A DNA stretch of 64,000 nt from a virus. A model generated the notes under the pieces. It made no database searches, had not been told where the DNA came from, and saw nothing but the letters and a program-made list of their open reading frames with translations. A program made the position numbers and the translations under genes. The stretch covers positions 1 to 64,000 of the IMG/VR virus record IMGVR_UViG_3300025137_000018. The stretch is one strand, 5' to 3'. Shown piece by piece: positions 10,125-20,491 of the stretch (position 1 is the stretch's first letter; each line of letters opens with the position of its first letter).

Positions 10125-11095
10125 TGTTTGGAGATCATTTCTATCATGCTACATTGCGAAAATCAGTAGCAGTATTCGGAACTATATTTAATAATATAGG
10201 TATTGTTAGAAAGAAAAGTGATGGTACTGTTATTAACCAAGTTAAAGTTCCATTAGCGTACGGACCTAAGCAAAAGTTTTTGGCTAGATTAGACGCTGAT
10301 ACCATGAACGATGCATCCTTTGCAATTAAACTCCCTAGAATGTCCTTTGAAATAAGCAGCCTTGAACAAGATTTAACTTCAAAGTTAAATAAAAGGGCAC
10401 AGATTACTGAAAACCATGCTAGTGATTCTAATAAAAAGAAAACTGTCAAACAACAAACTACATATTCTATTGGAATGCAGTTAAATATTATGGCTAAAAA
10501 CCAAGATGATGGTTTACAAATTATAGAACAAATACTTCCGTATTTTCAACCAGAGTACACCGTTACAATCAAACCTATTGATGGTTGGACTACATATAAA
10601 GAAGATGTACCTATTACGTTAACTAGTGTTGCTATAAATGACGAATACGAGGGCGATTTTGCTAGTCGTAGGGTATTAACATATACCTTAGACTTTACAA
10701 TGAAAATGAGATTCTTTGGACCAACACAAAATCAGTCAGTTATTAAAGAAATTGATATTGACTTCTTTGATAAAGATAATACTGGGCAATTCTTAGAAGG
10801 AATAAATCTAGCAGTAAATCCTAAAACTGCAAATGAGTCCGATAACTATACTGTAACTACAACATATGATTATTTAAATGTTCCAGATAGTTTTGTATTA
10901 TCGTTAAATAATATATCAGACACGTTCCTATTAGGAGAAACTATTACAGGAACATCATCAGCATCTACAGCTGAAATAACCGCTATAAGTGGTTCTACTA
11001 TTACAGTTGATACAACAACTGGATACTTTTTTGAGGATGAAACTATTACTGGATCTGCAAATAGCGTAACTGCTACTATTTCTAGTTATACATAA
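10124..11095 (+). CDS. gp15: Tail sheath stabilizer/terminator gp15
   Basis: HFYHATLRKSVAVFGTIFNNI, VPLAYGPKQKF, LPRMSFE, QIIEQILPYFQP. Confidence 0.95.
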   Translation: MFGDHFYHATLRKSVAVFGTIFNNIGIVRKKSDGTVINQVKVPLAYGPKQKFLARLDADTMNDASFAIKLPRMSFEISSLEQDLTSKLNKRAQITENHASDSNKKKTVKQQTTYSIGMQLNIMAKNQDDGLQIIEQILPYFQPEYTVTIKPIDGWTTYKEDVPITLTSVAINDEYEGDFASRRVLTYTLDFTMKMRFFGPTQNQSVIKEIDIDFFDKDNTGQFLEGINLAVNPKTANESDNYTVTTTYDYLNVPDSFVLSLNNISDTFLLGETITGTSSASTAEITAISGSTITVDTTTGYFFEDETITGSANSVTATISSYT

Positions 11096-11103
11096 ATACT
11101 ATT

Positions 11104-11526
11104 ATGAAGAAAGATAAAATGATGGATAGTTTGGCAAAAAATTTACCTCAGACATCTGAGAATAAATTGCCAACAAAAGATCAAATTGATACTAAAGATA
11201 TTAAAGATGATTATGAATTTTCCAGAAAAACTTATAAAGATTTAATTAATACGGGGATGCTATCTCTGGATTCGCTTGCGCAATTAGCTCAAGAATCTGA
11301 ACATCCCAGAGCATTTGAAGTATTATCTAAGGCTATTAAAGATATTGGTGACACTACTGATAAACTAATGGTATTACAGAAAAGTAAAAAGGATTTGGTT
11401 GATAAAAAAGGACCATCCCGCGAAGTGACAAACAATAACTTATTTGTTGGAAGCAGTTCTGATTTACAAAGGTTATTATTAAAACAAGATGAAAGTAAAA
11501 TTATAAATGAGCCAAATAAAGAATAA
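11104..11526 (+). CDS. gp16: Terminase small subunit gp16
   Basis: DDYEFSR, ESEHPRAFEV, NNLFVGSSSDLQ; upstream of gp17. Confidence 0.93.
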   Translation: MKKDKMMDSLAKNLPQTSENKLPTKDQIDTKDIKDDYEFSRKTYKDLINTGMLSLDSLAQLAQESEHPRAFEVLSKAIKDIGDTTDKLMVLQKSKKDLVDKKGPSREVTNNNLFVGSSSDLQRLLLKQDESKIINEPNKE

Positions 11527-13111
11527 CGAATTCGGCTATTTAGGTAATCCTAATGTAAAGCGAGACGGAGTTGAGTCAGAGTTTAGTATTGACGAAATCC
11601 GTGAGTATAAAAAATGCATGCAGAATCCAGCATACTTTGCAATAACCTATGCTAAGGTTATATCACTTGATAAAGGTTTAGTACCATTCAATTTATGGCC
11701 ATATCAAGAAGATATGTTTGACCACTTTCATAAAAACCGATTTTCTATTGTTTTAGCATGTCGACAAAGTGGTAAATCTATATCATCAGTTATTTTTTTA
11801 CTTTGGTTTGCATGTTTTCACCCAGAAAAAACCATTGCTATATTAGCTAACAAGGGTGCAGTTGCTAGAGAGATGTTAGCACGTATTACTTTAGCTTTAG
11901 AAAATTTACCTTTCTTTTTACAACCTGGCTGTAAGGCTTTAAATAAAGGATCAATTGAATTTAGCAATAACTCTAAAATTATTGCTGCAGCAACCTCTGG
12001 TTCTTCTATTCGTGGTCTTTCTATTAACTTATTGTTTTTAGATGAGTTCGCTTTTGTAGAAAACGATGCACAGTTTTATACATCCACATATCCAGTAATA
12101 TCTTCAGGTAAGGATACTAAAATTATTATAACATCTACCGCAAACGGTGTAGGCAATGTGTATCATAAGCTATGGGAAGGTGCTGCAACTAATACAAATG
12201 AGTTTAAACCTTTTAGAGTCGACTGGTGGGATGTACCAGGAAGAAACGAAGAGTGGAAAGAACAGACTATTGCCAATACTTCATCGCTTCAGTTTGATCA
12301 AGAGTTCGGTAATTCATTTCATGGACGAGGAAACACTCTTATTCCAGCTAATGAGTTATTAGCACAAAAGGCTTTAGATCCAATATCATTTACTGAAAAT
12401 ATATTCGTATATGAAAATCCAGTAGAAAATCATCAGTATATAATGACAGTCGATGTTGCTAAGGGCAGAGGATTAGACTATTCTACGTTTACAATTATAG
12501 ATGTATCAGTGGATCCATTTAAACAAGTGTGTGTATTTAGAGATAATAACATATCCCCAATACTATTTCCAGACCTTATATATAAATGGGCCAATCATTA
12601 TAATGAAGCATATACTATTATTGAAAGTAATGACCAAGGTGCAGTAGTTTGTAATGGTTTATATTATGATTTGGAATACGAAAATATGTTTGTTGAGTCA
12701 ATGGTAAAGCGTAATGCACTTGGTGCTACAATGACTAAAAGATTAAAACGAATAGGTTGCTCAGCAGTAAAAGATCTAATTATGGAGAAAAAACTTCATA
12801 TCATCGATGCTAATACTATTATTGAAATGAGTACATTTGTAAATAGAGGATCATCATGGGAAGCTTCAGGCAATAACCATGATGATTTAATGATGAATTT
12901 AGTATTATTTTCTTGGTTTACTACTACTGATATATTTCATGGTATAACCGATATAGATATGAAAACACTTTTATATAAAGAACAACTACAGGCTATACAA
13001 GATGATATGCTACCATTTGGTGTATTTAGTAGTGATGAAAATAACAATAAGGAAGTTGATAAAGAAGGTAATGTTTGGATGGAAGTAGACAAACACCAAG
13101 GGCTTTATTAG
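11507..13111 (+). CDS. gp17: Terminase large subunit gp17
   Basis: YLGNPNVK, Walker A RQSGKS, Walker B LFLDEFAF, ITSTANG, nuclease DVAKG and HDDLMM. Confidence 0.97.
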   Translation: MSQIKNNEFGYLGNPNVKRDGVESEFSIDEIREYKKCMQNPAYFAITYAKVISLDKGLVPFNLWPYQEDMFDHFHKNRFSIVLACRQSGKSISSVIFLLWFACFHPEKTIAILANKGAVAREMLARITLALENLPFFLQPGCKALNKGSIEFSNNSKIIAAATSGSSIRGLSINLLFLDEFAFVENDAQFYTSTYPVISSGKDTKIIITSTANGVGNVYHKLWEGAATNTNEFKPFRVDWWDVPGRNEEWKEQTIANTSSLQFDQEFGNSFHGRGNTLIPANELLAQKALDPISFTENIFVYENPVENHQYIMTVDVAKGRGLDYSTFTIIDVSVDPFKQVCVFRDNNISPILFPDLIYKWANHYNEAYTIIESNDQGAVVCNGLYYDLEYENMFVESMVKRNALGATMTKRLKRIGCSAVKDLIMEKKLHIIDANTIIEMSTFVNRGSSWEASGNNHDDLMMNLVLFSWFTTTDIFHGITDIDMKTLLYKEQLQAIQDDMLPFGVFSSDENNNKEVDKEGNVWMEVDKHQGLY

Positions 13112-13123
13112 AATGTTAAAACA

Positions 13124-13131
13124 TATAAATA
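13124..13131 (+). promoter_or_regulatory. Late promoter TATAAATA
   Basis: Exact consensus upstream of gp18. Confidence 0.8.
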
Positions 13132-13196
13132 ACTATGATTGAATATAACCGTATTATGAGAACATATTAACTAACTCAAATTAAGAGGATAAAGCG

Positions 13197-14909
13197 ATGG
13201 CATTTCAAGTATCACCAGGCGTCCAGGTCAAAGAAATTGACGCAACGGGCGTTGTTCCTGCCGTATCAACCAGTATTGGTGGATTCGCAGGGTCATTTAA
13301 TTGGGGTCCAGTTGACGAAGTAATCACGGTAGGTTCAGAAAAGAATCTAGCTGAAATATTTGGTCAACCTACAGACGTCAATACCGCTAACTACTTTTTA
13401 ACTGCTGCTGGATTTTTAAAATACGGCAGATCATTAAAGGTTGTTAGAGCAACCAGCGGTCACTTAAACGCGACTTCTGGTACATCAGGAGTACTAATTA
13501 AAAATAGTACTGATTATGAAACTAACCATGACGATGGTGCACCTGCTGCAGGTAACACTAACGCTATGGGAGGCTGGGCTGCAAAATACCCTGGCACACT
13601 AGGTAACAGCCTTAAGGTTGAACTTTGTGGACCAACAGGATTTGCAGGCTGGGCATATAAAGGTAGCTTCGATTCAGCACCTGGAACATCAAATTACGCG
13701 GCAGACGTGCTAGGTAAAACTAGTGCATTGGACGAAGTCCATGTTGCTGTAATTGATACAACAGGCTTATGGAGCGGAACTCCAAACACAGTTTTAGAAA
13801 CTTTCCCATTCGTAAGTGTGGGATCAGACGCTAAAGCAGACGACGGCACAACTAACTATTACGTAGATGTTATTAATAACAGATCAAGCTACGTTTGGTG
13901 GTTAGCGCATCCAACTATTTCTAGCTCAAACATTGGAGCACCTATTGCTTCAACAGCAGCATACGTAGTTGGTTCAACAGTACAAACTAGATCATTAGCA
14001 GGTGGAGCTGACGATAACGCACCAACAACTGGTGAAATATCAACAGCATACGATCTTTTAGCAGACGGAGAAACAGTAGATGTTAATTTACTATTTGCTT
14101 ATCCAGATGCTAGTGGAGCAACAATTGCTAATAAATTAGTTGCTATGGCTGCAGCAAGAAAAGACTGTATGGCTTTTGTTTCACCTCCTGTTGTTTCAAC
14201 AGCAGGTATTGCACCAAGTACTGCATTAACTAATGTAACTACATGGGTCGGAACAGTAACTAAGAGTTCATACGGATCAGCAGATTCAGGTGCTTTATAT
14301 GTGTACGATAAGTACAATGATAAGTATCGTTGGATCGGTGGCGCAGGTCACATTGCTGGACTATGTGCTGGTACTGATTTAGCAGCAGATGCTTGGTTCT
14401 CACCAGCTGGTTCGACTAGAGGTCAACTACTAGGTGTTACCAAATTAGCATTTAACCCTAATCTAGCACAAAGAGATGAGTTGTATAAGGCTAAGGTCAA
14501 TCCACTCGTATCTTTCCCTGGAGAAGGAACAATATTATTCGGAGATAAAACTTTATCACCTAAACCTTCAGCATTCGACAGAATCAACGTTAGACGTTTA
14601 TTCATCGTATTAGAGAAAGCAATTTCTACAGCTGCTAAGGGACAACTCTTTGAGTTCAATGATGAATTCACTAGAGCACAATTTAGGAATTTAGTAGAAC
14701 CATTCTTAAGGGATGTTAAAGGCCGAAGAGGAGTTACAGACTTTAAAGTAATCTGTGACGAAACCAATAATACAGGACAAGTAATTGATTCTAATAGTTT
14801 TGTAGCTGATATCTTTATCAAGCCATCAAGATCTATTAACTTCATTACCTTGAACTTTATAGCAACTAGAACAGGCGTCGATTTTTCAGAAATCGCCGGC
14901 TCTAATTAA
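13197..14909 (+). CDS. gp18: Tail sheath protein gp18
   Basis: MAFQVSPGVQVKEID, FNWGP, WFSPAG, FDRINVRRLF, FEFNDEFTR. Confidence 0.97.
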   Translation: MAFQVSPGVQVKEIDATGVVPAVSTSIGGFAGSFNWGPVDEVITVGSEKNLAEIFGQPTDVNTANYFLTAAGFLKYGRSLKVVRATSGHLNATSGTSGVLIKNSTDYETNHDDGAPAAGNTNAMGGWAAKYPGTLGNSLKVELCGPTGFAGWAYKGSFDSAPGTSNYAADVLGKTSALDEVHVAVIDTTGLWSGTPNTVLETFPFVSVGSDAKADDGTTNYYVDVINNRSSYVWWLAHPTISSSNIGAPIASTAAYVVGSTVQTRSLAGGADDNAPTTGEISTAYDLLADGETVDVNLLFAYPDASGATIANKLVAMAAARKDCMAFVSPPVVSTAGIAPSTALTNVTTWVGTVTKSSYGSADSGALYVYDKYNDKYRWIGGAGHIAGLCAGTDLAADAWFSPAGSTRGQLLGVTKLAFNPNLAQRDELYKAKVNPLVSFPGEGTILFGDKTLSPKPSAFDRINVRRLFIVLEKAISTAAKGQLFEFNDEFTRAQFRNLVEPFLRDVKGRRGVTDFKVICDETNNTGQVIDSNSFVADIFIKPSRSINFITLNFIATRTGVDFSEIAGSN

Positions 14910-14920
14910 GGAGAAGTATA

Positions 14921-15448
14921 ATGGCAATTTTAGGTATAGATGATTTTAAATCTAAGCTGACAGGCGGTGGTGCAAGACCTAACTTGTTTAAGGCTACAGT
15001 AAACTTCCCAAGCTATGCTCAGGGAAATGTGGAATTAACTTCATTCTTGTGTAAAGCAGTAGCTATCCCATCTTCTGTAATCGCTCCCATTGAAGTAAAT
15101 TTCAGAGGAAGAAAGATGTCAGTAGCAGGTGATAGAACCTTTGAACCAGTTTCATTAACTGTTATCAATGATGCTGCATTTGAAGTTAGAAATAGCTTTG
15201 AAAGATGGATGAATGGAATTAATCAGCACAACGCAAATACTGGATTATCAAACCCAACTGAATATCAGTCGGACGTAGTAATCGAGCAATTGAATAAGGC
15301 TGGAGAAACTGTAAAAACTTATAACGTAAGAGGATGTTATCCTACTAATTTATCTGCAATTGATTTAAACTATGATTCTGAGAACGCAATCGAAGAATTC
15401 ACAGTTGAGATGCAGGTAACTTATTGGGAATCTGACACTACTTCTTAG
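14921..15448 (+). CDS. gp19: Tail tube protein gp19
   Basis: GGGARPNLF, FRGRK..AGDRTF, IEEFTVE. Confidence 0.95.
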   Translation: MAILGIDDFKSKLTGGGARPNLFKATVNFPSYAQGNVELTSFLCKAVAIPSSVIAPIEVNFRGRKMSVAGDRTFEPVSLTVINDAAFEVRNSFERWMNGINQHNANTGLSNPTEYQSDVVIEQLNKAGETVKTYNVRGCYPTNLSAIDLNYDSENAIEEFTVEMQVTYWESDTTS

Positions 15449-15451
15449 TCG

Positions 15452-15459
15452 TATAAATA
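15452..15459 (+). promoter_or_regulatory. Late promoter TATAAATA
   Basis: Exact consensus upstream of the portal gene, followed by a GC-rich hairpin. Confidence 0.8.
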
Positions 15460-15511
15460 ATAATATGGCAGGGACAATTGCGTCCCTGCTACTATTGTAA
15501 AGGTATAAACT

Positions 15512-16996
15512 ATGGCAGAATTGTTCGGATTTGAGATTAATAGAAAGGTTAAAGAACCTATTAGACCTTCTTTTGTTCCTGACACAGAAGCAGAAGGAAC
15601 TGGTGTAATTAGTACAGGTGGTCACTTTGGCCAATACCTTGATATTGATGGAGATAAAGTAAAAAACGAAAATGAGCTTATATTTAAGTATAGAGACATT
15701 TCCGTTCAGCCTGAATGCGATGCTGCTATTGATGATATTGTAAACGAAGCTATTACTGGAGACTTTAATGCAGCTCCTGTAGCAATTGTATTAGATAGAT
15801 TAAAAATATCTGATAACATTAAGAAAAATATCAGAAAAGAATTTGATAATGTTTTAGAGCTATTAAATTTTAATAGTACTGGGCATGATATATTTAGAAA
15901 ATGGTATGTAGATGGTAGATTACCATATCATATGATTATAGACGATAAAAACCCTAAGGCTGGTTTAAAAGAACTAAGATATATTGATCCTACTAAAATT
16001 AGAAAGATTAAAGAGATTGAAGAAGAAACTGATCCTAAGACGGGTGCAAAGTTAATTACAAAATCTCATGAATATTTCATGTTTCAAGATGTACATATGG
16101 ATAGAGCGAATCAAGGACTTAAAATTCATCCTGATTCTATAGCATACTGCACATCAGGTATGTTAGATCCAAGCCGTAAAAGAATTTTATCGCATTTACA
16201 GAAAGCTATTAAGCCTGTAAATCAGTTAAGGATGATGGAAGACTCATTAGTTATTTACAGAATATCTAGAGCTCCTGAACGAAGAATTTTTTATATTGAT
16301 GTAGGTAATTTACCTAAGGGTAAGGCTGAAGAGTACTTACAGAACATCATGAATAAGTATCGTAATAAATTAGTATACGATGCTAAAACAGGTGATGTAA
16401 AAGACGACAGAAAACATATGTCAATGTTAGAGGATTTCTTTTTACCAAGAAGAGAAGGTGGTAGAGGTACTGAAATATCTACACTTCCAGGTGGAGAAAA
16501 CCTAGGGCAAATAGATGATATAATCTATTTCCAAAAGAAATTATATAAAGCTTTAAATGTTCCTATGAACAGATTAGAGCAAGAAGCACAATTTAGCTTA
16601 GGTAGAGCTACTGAAATAAGTAGAGATGAAGTTAAATTTAAGAAGTTTATTGATAGAATAAGAAAAAGATTTTCTGATATCTTCATGCAGGTATTAAAAA
16701 CACAACTTTTATTAAAAGGTGTTATTACTAAAGAAGATTGGAGAAGCTGGAAAGAATATATAGCATTTAATTACATTGAGGATAATTACTTCAGTGAATT
16801 AAAAGAATCTGAAATCATTCGTGAAAGATTTGAAATGTTAGCTACATTAGATGAATATGTAGGTAAATATGTATCACACGAATGGGTACGAAAAAATATT
16901 CTTAGACAAGATGATGACGAAATCGAGGCACTTAAAACGCAAATGGATGCAGAAAAAGATGCTGGCGATGACGATGACCTTGATCTTGACTTATAA
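15512..16996 (+). CDS. gp20: Portal vertex protein gp20
   Basis: FRKWYVDGR, YRISRAPERRIFYIDVGNLPKGKAEEY, LPRREGGRGTEISTLPG. Confidence 0.97.
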   Translation: MAELFGFEINRKVKEPIRPSFVPDTEAEGTGVISTGGHFGQYLDIDGDKVKNENELIFKYRDISVQPECDAAIDDIVNEAITGDFNAAPVAIVLDRLKISDNIKKNIRKEFDNVLELLNFNSTGHDIFRKWYVDGRLPYHMIIDDKNPKAGLKELRYIDPTKIRKIKEIEEETDPKTGAKLITKSHEYFMFQDVHMDRANQGLKIHPDSIAYCTSGMLDPSRKRILSHLQKAIKPVNQLRMMEDSLVIYRISRAPERRIFYIDVGNLPKGKAEEYLQNIMNKYRNKLVYDAKTGDVKDDRKHMSMLEDFFLPRREGGRGTEISTLPGGENLGQIDDIIYFQKKLYKALNVPMNRLEQEAQFSLGRATEISRDEVKFKKFIDRIRKRFSDIFMQVLKTQLLLKGVITKEDWRSWKEYIAFNYIEDNYFSELKESEIIRERFEMLATLDEYVGKYVSHEWVRKNILRQDDDEIEALKTQMDAEKDAGDDDDLDLDL

Positions 16997-17001
16997 AAAC
17001 T

Positions 17002-17009
17002 TATAAATA
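17002..17009 (+). promoter_or_regulatory. Late promoter TATAAATA
   Basis: Exact consensus upstream of the prohead core genes. Confidence 0.8.
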
Positions 17010-17029
17010 TATAAACAAGAGGAACTGAA

Positions 17030-17200
17030 ATGAGTAGTATAGAATCATTAATTGATAATTTAAAAGGTAACGATACTGTTAAAGCTAGTGAAAACTTTAA
17101 TAGCATTATAGCCGATAAATTAAAAGATGCACTCGATGCAAAAAAAATCGACTTAGCATCAACAATGACCGATCGAGCTTCTAAAGCTGAAGAGTCATAA
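17030..17200 (+). CDS. Small prohead core protein (gp67-like); not in the ORF track
   Basis: 56 aa MSSIESLIDNLKGNDTVKASENFNSIIADKLKDALDAKKIDLA..., GAGGA SD, between gp20 and gp21. Confidence 0.75.
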   Translation: MSSIESLIDNLKGNDTVKASENFNSIIADKLKDALDAKKIDLASTMTDRASKAEES

Positions 17201-17210
17201 AGGAACAACT

Positions 17211-17858
17211 ATGAAGTTAATATCTGAATATACCGATAGTAATATCGAATGTTATACAGAAGCTACCAAAAATGGTGGCAAACAGCACGTTATCGAAGGC
17301 GTGTTTATGCAGGCCGATCAAAAGAACAGAAATGGTCGCATATATGAAAAACAAATCTTAGAGGCTGCGGTAGAAAAATACGTAGTCGAACAGGTGAAAA
17401 GTGGACGAGCAGTAGGGGAATTAAATCATCCTGAAGGTCCAACAATTAACCTAGATAAAGTTTCACATAAGATTACGGATCTCAGATTTGAGGGAAGTAA
17501 TGTTATTGGAAAAGCATCAATTCTTAAAACCCCTATGGGACAAATCGTTGAAGGTTTGCTCGAAGGTGGTGTTAAGCTTGGTGTATCAAGTCGTGGTATG
17601 GGTAGTCTTGTACAGAAGAATGGTACTAGTTACGTGGGCAAGGATTTTATGCTTGCAACTGTAGATATAGTCCAGGACCCTTCCGCTCCAGAGGCATTTG
17701 TCAATGGAATTATGGAAGGTGTCGATTGGATATGGAATAACGGTATCTTAACTGCACAAGAAATTGAATCAATTGAGACTGAAATAAAGCGTACTCCTAA
17801 AAAGCATTTAGCTGAAGCAGAGATCAAAGCGTTTAAAAATTTCCTCTCTAAACTTTAA
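17211..17858 (+). CDS. gp21: Prohead protease gp21
   Basis: IEGVFMQAD.KNRNGRIY, GELNHP, GVSSRGMGS, DIVQDPSAP. Confidence 0.96.
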   Translation: MKLISEYTDSNIECYTEATKNGGKQHVIEGVFMQADQKNRNGRIYEKQILEAAVEKYVVEQVKSGRAVGELNHPEGPTINLDKVSHKITDLRFEGSNVIGKASILKTPMGQIVEGLLEGGVKLGVSSRGMGSLVQKNGTSYVGKDFMLATVDIVQDPSAPEAFVNGIMEGVDWIWNNGILTAQEIESIETEIKRTPKKHLAEAEIKAFKNFLSKL

Positions 17859-17879
17859 TTCTTAATAGGAGAATATAAA

Positions 17880-19019
17880 ATGTCATTAGAAGACGCAATT
17901 AAATCCACTGCTGTTGCAGAGGAAGAGGCTGTGTTAGACATCTCTGAAGATGCTGAGCTAAATTCTGAAGAAGAGCTCGTTGAAAACGAAGTTGGAAACG
18001 AGGAAGAAGCTTTAGAAGAAACAGTAACAGAAGCAAAGGTTAAGGAAGACGAAGATGAAGACGAAAAAGACGAAGAAAAAGTCGAAGAGTCTGCACCTGT
18101 AGTCCCTAAAACTAAAGCTGGTGTTATTAACGCTGCATTGGAGATGTTTAAAAAGGCCAAAAAAGAAGACGCGCAAAAGCTATATGCTAAATTGACAAAA
18201 GTAGAAGAATCAGAAGACGATGGATCAGTTGATAAAACAATTGATGCTGTTGCTAAAGATAAGAAAGCACCTAAAGCTAAGCTAGAGGCTGCTGACTATT
18301 CTGAAGATTTGGATATCTTAGTAGCTGAAGAAGCTACATTGTCAGATGGATTCCGTGTTAAAGCTGGTGCAATTTTTGAAGCTGCTTACGCAAGTAAAGT
18401 AGGTGCTGAGATTGATAGGCTAGAAGGCGAATACGCGCAAAATCTTGAAGAAGAAGTCGCTGATATTCAGAGCTCACTCGTAGAAAAGGTAGATTCATAC
18501 CTTAACTATGTTGTTGAAAACTGGATGAAAGAAAATGAAGTAGCAGTAGAGACTGGACTAAGGTCTGAAATCGCTGAAGACTTCATGAATGCACTTCAGG
18601 TAGTATTCAAGGAACATTACATTGAAGTTCCAGAAGGTAAAGTTGATCTAGTAGATGAGTTATCATCACAGGTTGCTGAGCTAGAGGAATCACTCAATAA
18701 AACCACAGAAGAAAATATTCGTTTATACGAGTCAACTCAATCTTTAGAAAGAGCTGAAATCGTAAGAAGACATTCTTCAGGCTTGGCTGAAACTGAAGCT
18801 GAGAAGTTATCATCATTGGTAGAAGACATTGAATTCGATAACGCTGAATCTTTCGAAATGAAAGTATCAGTTGTTAAAGAGTCATACTTTAAACAAGATG
18901 TTAATGAATCAGTTGACGAAGTAAATGCTGCAATTGGAAACGAAGAAGCTGACGAAGTTCAGTCTATCTCTAGTTCAATGGCTGCTTACACTCAAGCTAT
19001 AACTAAATCTATTAAATAA
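17880..19019 (+). CDS. gp22: Prohead core scaffold gp22
   Basis: Acidic coiled coil; KVDSYLNYVVENWM, FKEHYIEVPE; between gp21 and gp23. Confidence 0.93.
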   Translation: MSLEDAIKSTAVAEEEAVLDISEDAELNSEEELVENEVGNEEEALEETVTEAKVKEDEDEDEKDEEKVEESAPVVPKTKAGVINAALEMFKKAKKEDAQKLYAKLTKVEESEDDGSVDKTIDAVAKDKKAPKAKLEAADYSEDLDILVAEEATLSDGFRVKAGAIFEAAYASKVGAEIDRLEGEYAQNLEEEVADIQSSLVEKVDSYLNYVVENWMKENEVAVETGLRSEIAEDFMNALQVVFKEHYIEVPEGKVDLVDELSSQVAELEESLNKTTEENIRLYESTQSLERAEIVRRHSSGLAETEAEKLSSLVEDIEFDNAESFEMKVSVVKESYFKQDVNESVDEVNAAIGNEEADEVQSISSSMAAYTQAITKSIK

Positions 19020-19045
19020 AACATAAACCTAAGGGGAAATAAAAA

Positions 19046-20383
19046 ATGTTTAACGCAGATAAAAATCTAGTAGAGAAATGGACTCCTGTCCTTGATCACG
19101 AAGATGCTCCAAGCATCGGTGACAAGCACAAGAGAGCTGTTACTGCTAGACTCTTGGAAAACCAAGAACTCGCACTACAAGAAAACAGAGCACATTCTGA
19201 TTTTCAAATTAATGAAACCGCAGCTAACGCTACTGGTTCTAACATTAGTAACTTTGATCCAGTATTGATCTCTCTTGTAAGACGTGCAATGCCTAACCTT
19301 ATCGCATACGATATCGCAGGCGTACAACCAATGAACGGACCTACTGGTCTAATCTTCGCAATGAAGTCAAGATACACATCGCAAACTGGTGCTGAAGCAT
19401 TCTTCGACGAAGCTGATACTGATTTCTCAGGAACTGGTACACATCAAGCTGATCCTACTGGATTGGTCGGTGTAGCTGATTCTGGAGACGCAGGTACTTC
19501 TATCGCTGATGAAGCTGATACTGTATCTACTTTCGGTTCTGCTATCACTACAGCTAATGCAGAAGCTAAAGGTACACACGTACCCGGTTCTGCTATCTCA
19601 AGTGCTAACCAATTCGGTGAAATGGCTTTCTCAATCGAAAAAGCTCAAGTACTAGCTAACTCAAGAGCTCTTAAAGCTGAATACACTATGGAACTTGCTC
19701 AAGATCTTAAAGCAATCCACGGTCTAGATGCTGAAGGCGAATTAGCTAATATTCTTTCTTCTGAAATCCTTGCGGAAATCAACAGAGAGATGGTTAGAAC
19801 TATTCTTACTAAAGCTAAAATCGGTGCACTTCAAGCAAGTGTTGCACTTAAAGGTGTATTTAACGTTAATACTGATTCTGACGGAAGATGGATGGTTGAG
19901 AGATTTAAAGGTCTCATCATGCAACTCGAAAGAGAAGCTAACGTAATCGCTAAAGAAACAAGAAGAGGAAAAGGTAATTTTGTACTTTGTTCTTCTGATG
20001 TTGCTTCAGCACTAGCAGCAGCTGGTCTTTTAGACTACACTCCTGCTCTTTCAACTGACCTAAATGTTGACGATACTGGTAATACTTTTGCTGGTGTTCT
20101 TAACGGTAGAATGAAAGTATATATCGATCCTTATGCTACTAGCGATTTCGCTTGTGTAGGTTACAGAGGTTCAAATCCATACGACGCAGGTATCTTCTAT
20201 TGCCCATACGTTCCTTTAACTATGGTTAAAGCGATTGGGGAAAATGATTTCCAGCCAAGAATTGGATTCAAAACTAGATATGGAATGCAGCAGAACCCAT
20301 TCGTGGGAACAGCTACAGGTGCGGGTACTAACCGTGTCAACCCATATTTCAGAATCTTTAGAGTAGACGGAATTATGGTGTAA
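19046..20383 (+). CDS. gp23: Major capsid protein gp23
   Basis: LVRRAMPNLIAYDIAGVQPMNGPTG, RALKAEYTMELAQDLKAIHGLDAE, FQPRIGFKTRYG. Confidence 0.98.
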   Translation: MFNADKNLVEKWTPVLDHEDAPSIGDKHKRAVTARLLENQELALQENRAHSDFQINETAANATGSNISNFDPVLISLVRRAMPNLIAYDIAGVQPMNGPTGLIFAMKSRYTSQTGAEAFFDEADTDFSGTGTHQADPTGLVGVADSGDAGTSIADEADTVSTFGSAITTANAEAKGTHVPGSAISSANQFGEMAFSIEKAQVLANSRALKAEYTMELAQDLKAIHGLDAEGELANILSSEILAEINREMVRTILTKAKIGALQASVALKGVFNVNTDSDGRWMVERFKGLIMQLEREANVIAKETRRGKGNFVLCSSDVASALAAAGLLDYTPALSTDLNVDDTGNTFAGVLNGRMKVYIDPYATSDFACVGYRGSNPYDAGIFYCPYVPLTMVKAIGENDFQPRIGFKTRYGMQQNPFVGTATGAGTNRVNPYFRIFRVDGIMV

Positions 20384-20412
20384 ACCGTAATTAGTTAATT
20401 CTAATTCTGATG

Positions 20413-20441
20413 AAGAGGGGTCTTAGGATCCCTCTTTTTTT
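20413..20441 (+). terminator. Rho-independent terminator after gp23
   Basis: AAGAGGGGTC-TTAG-GATCCCTCTT stem followed by a T run. Confidence 0.85.
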
Positions 20442-20465
20442 GTCTGAGTTCTATGCTAAAAGACT

Positions 20466-20473
20466 TATAAATA
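20466..20473 (+). promoter_or_regulatory. Late promoter TATAAATA
   Basis: Exact consensus upstream of gp3. Confidence 0.8.
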
Positions 20474-20491
20474 GTATTAGGAGATTATTAT

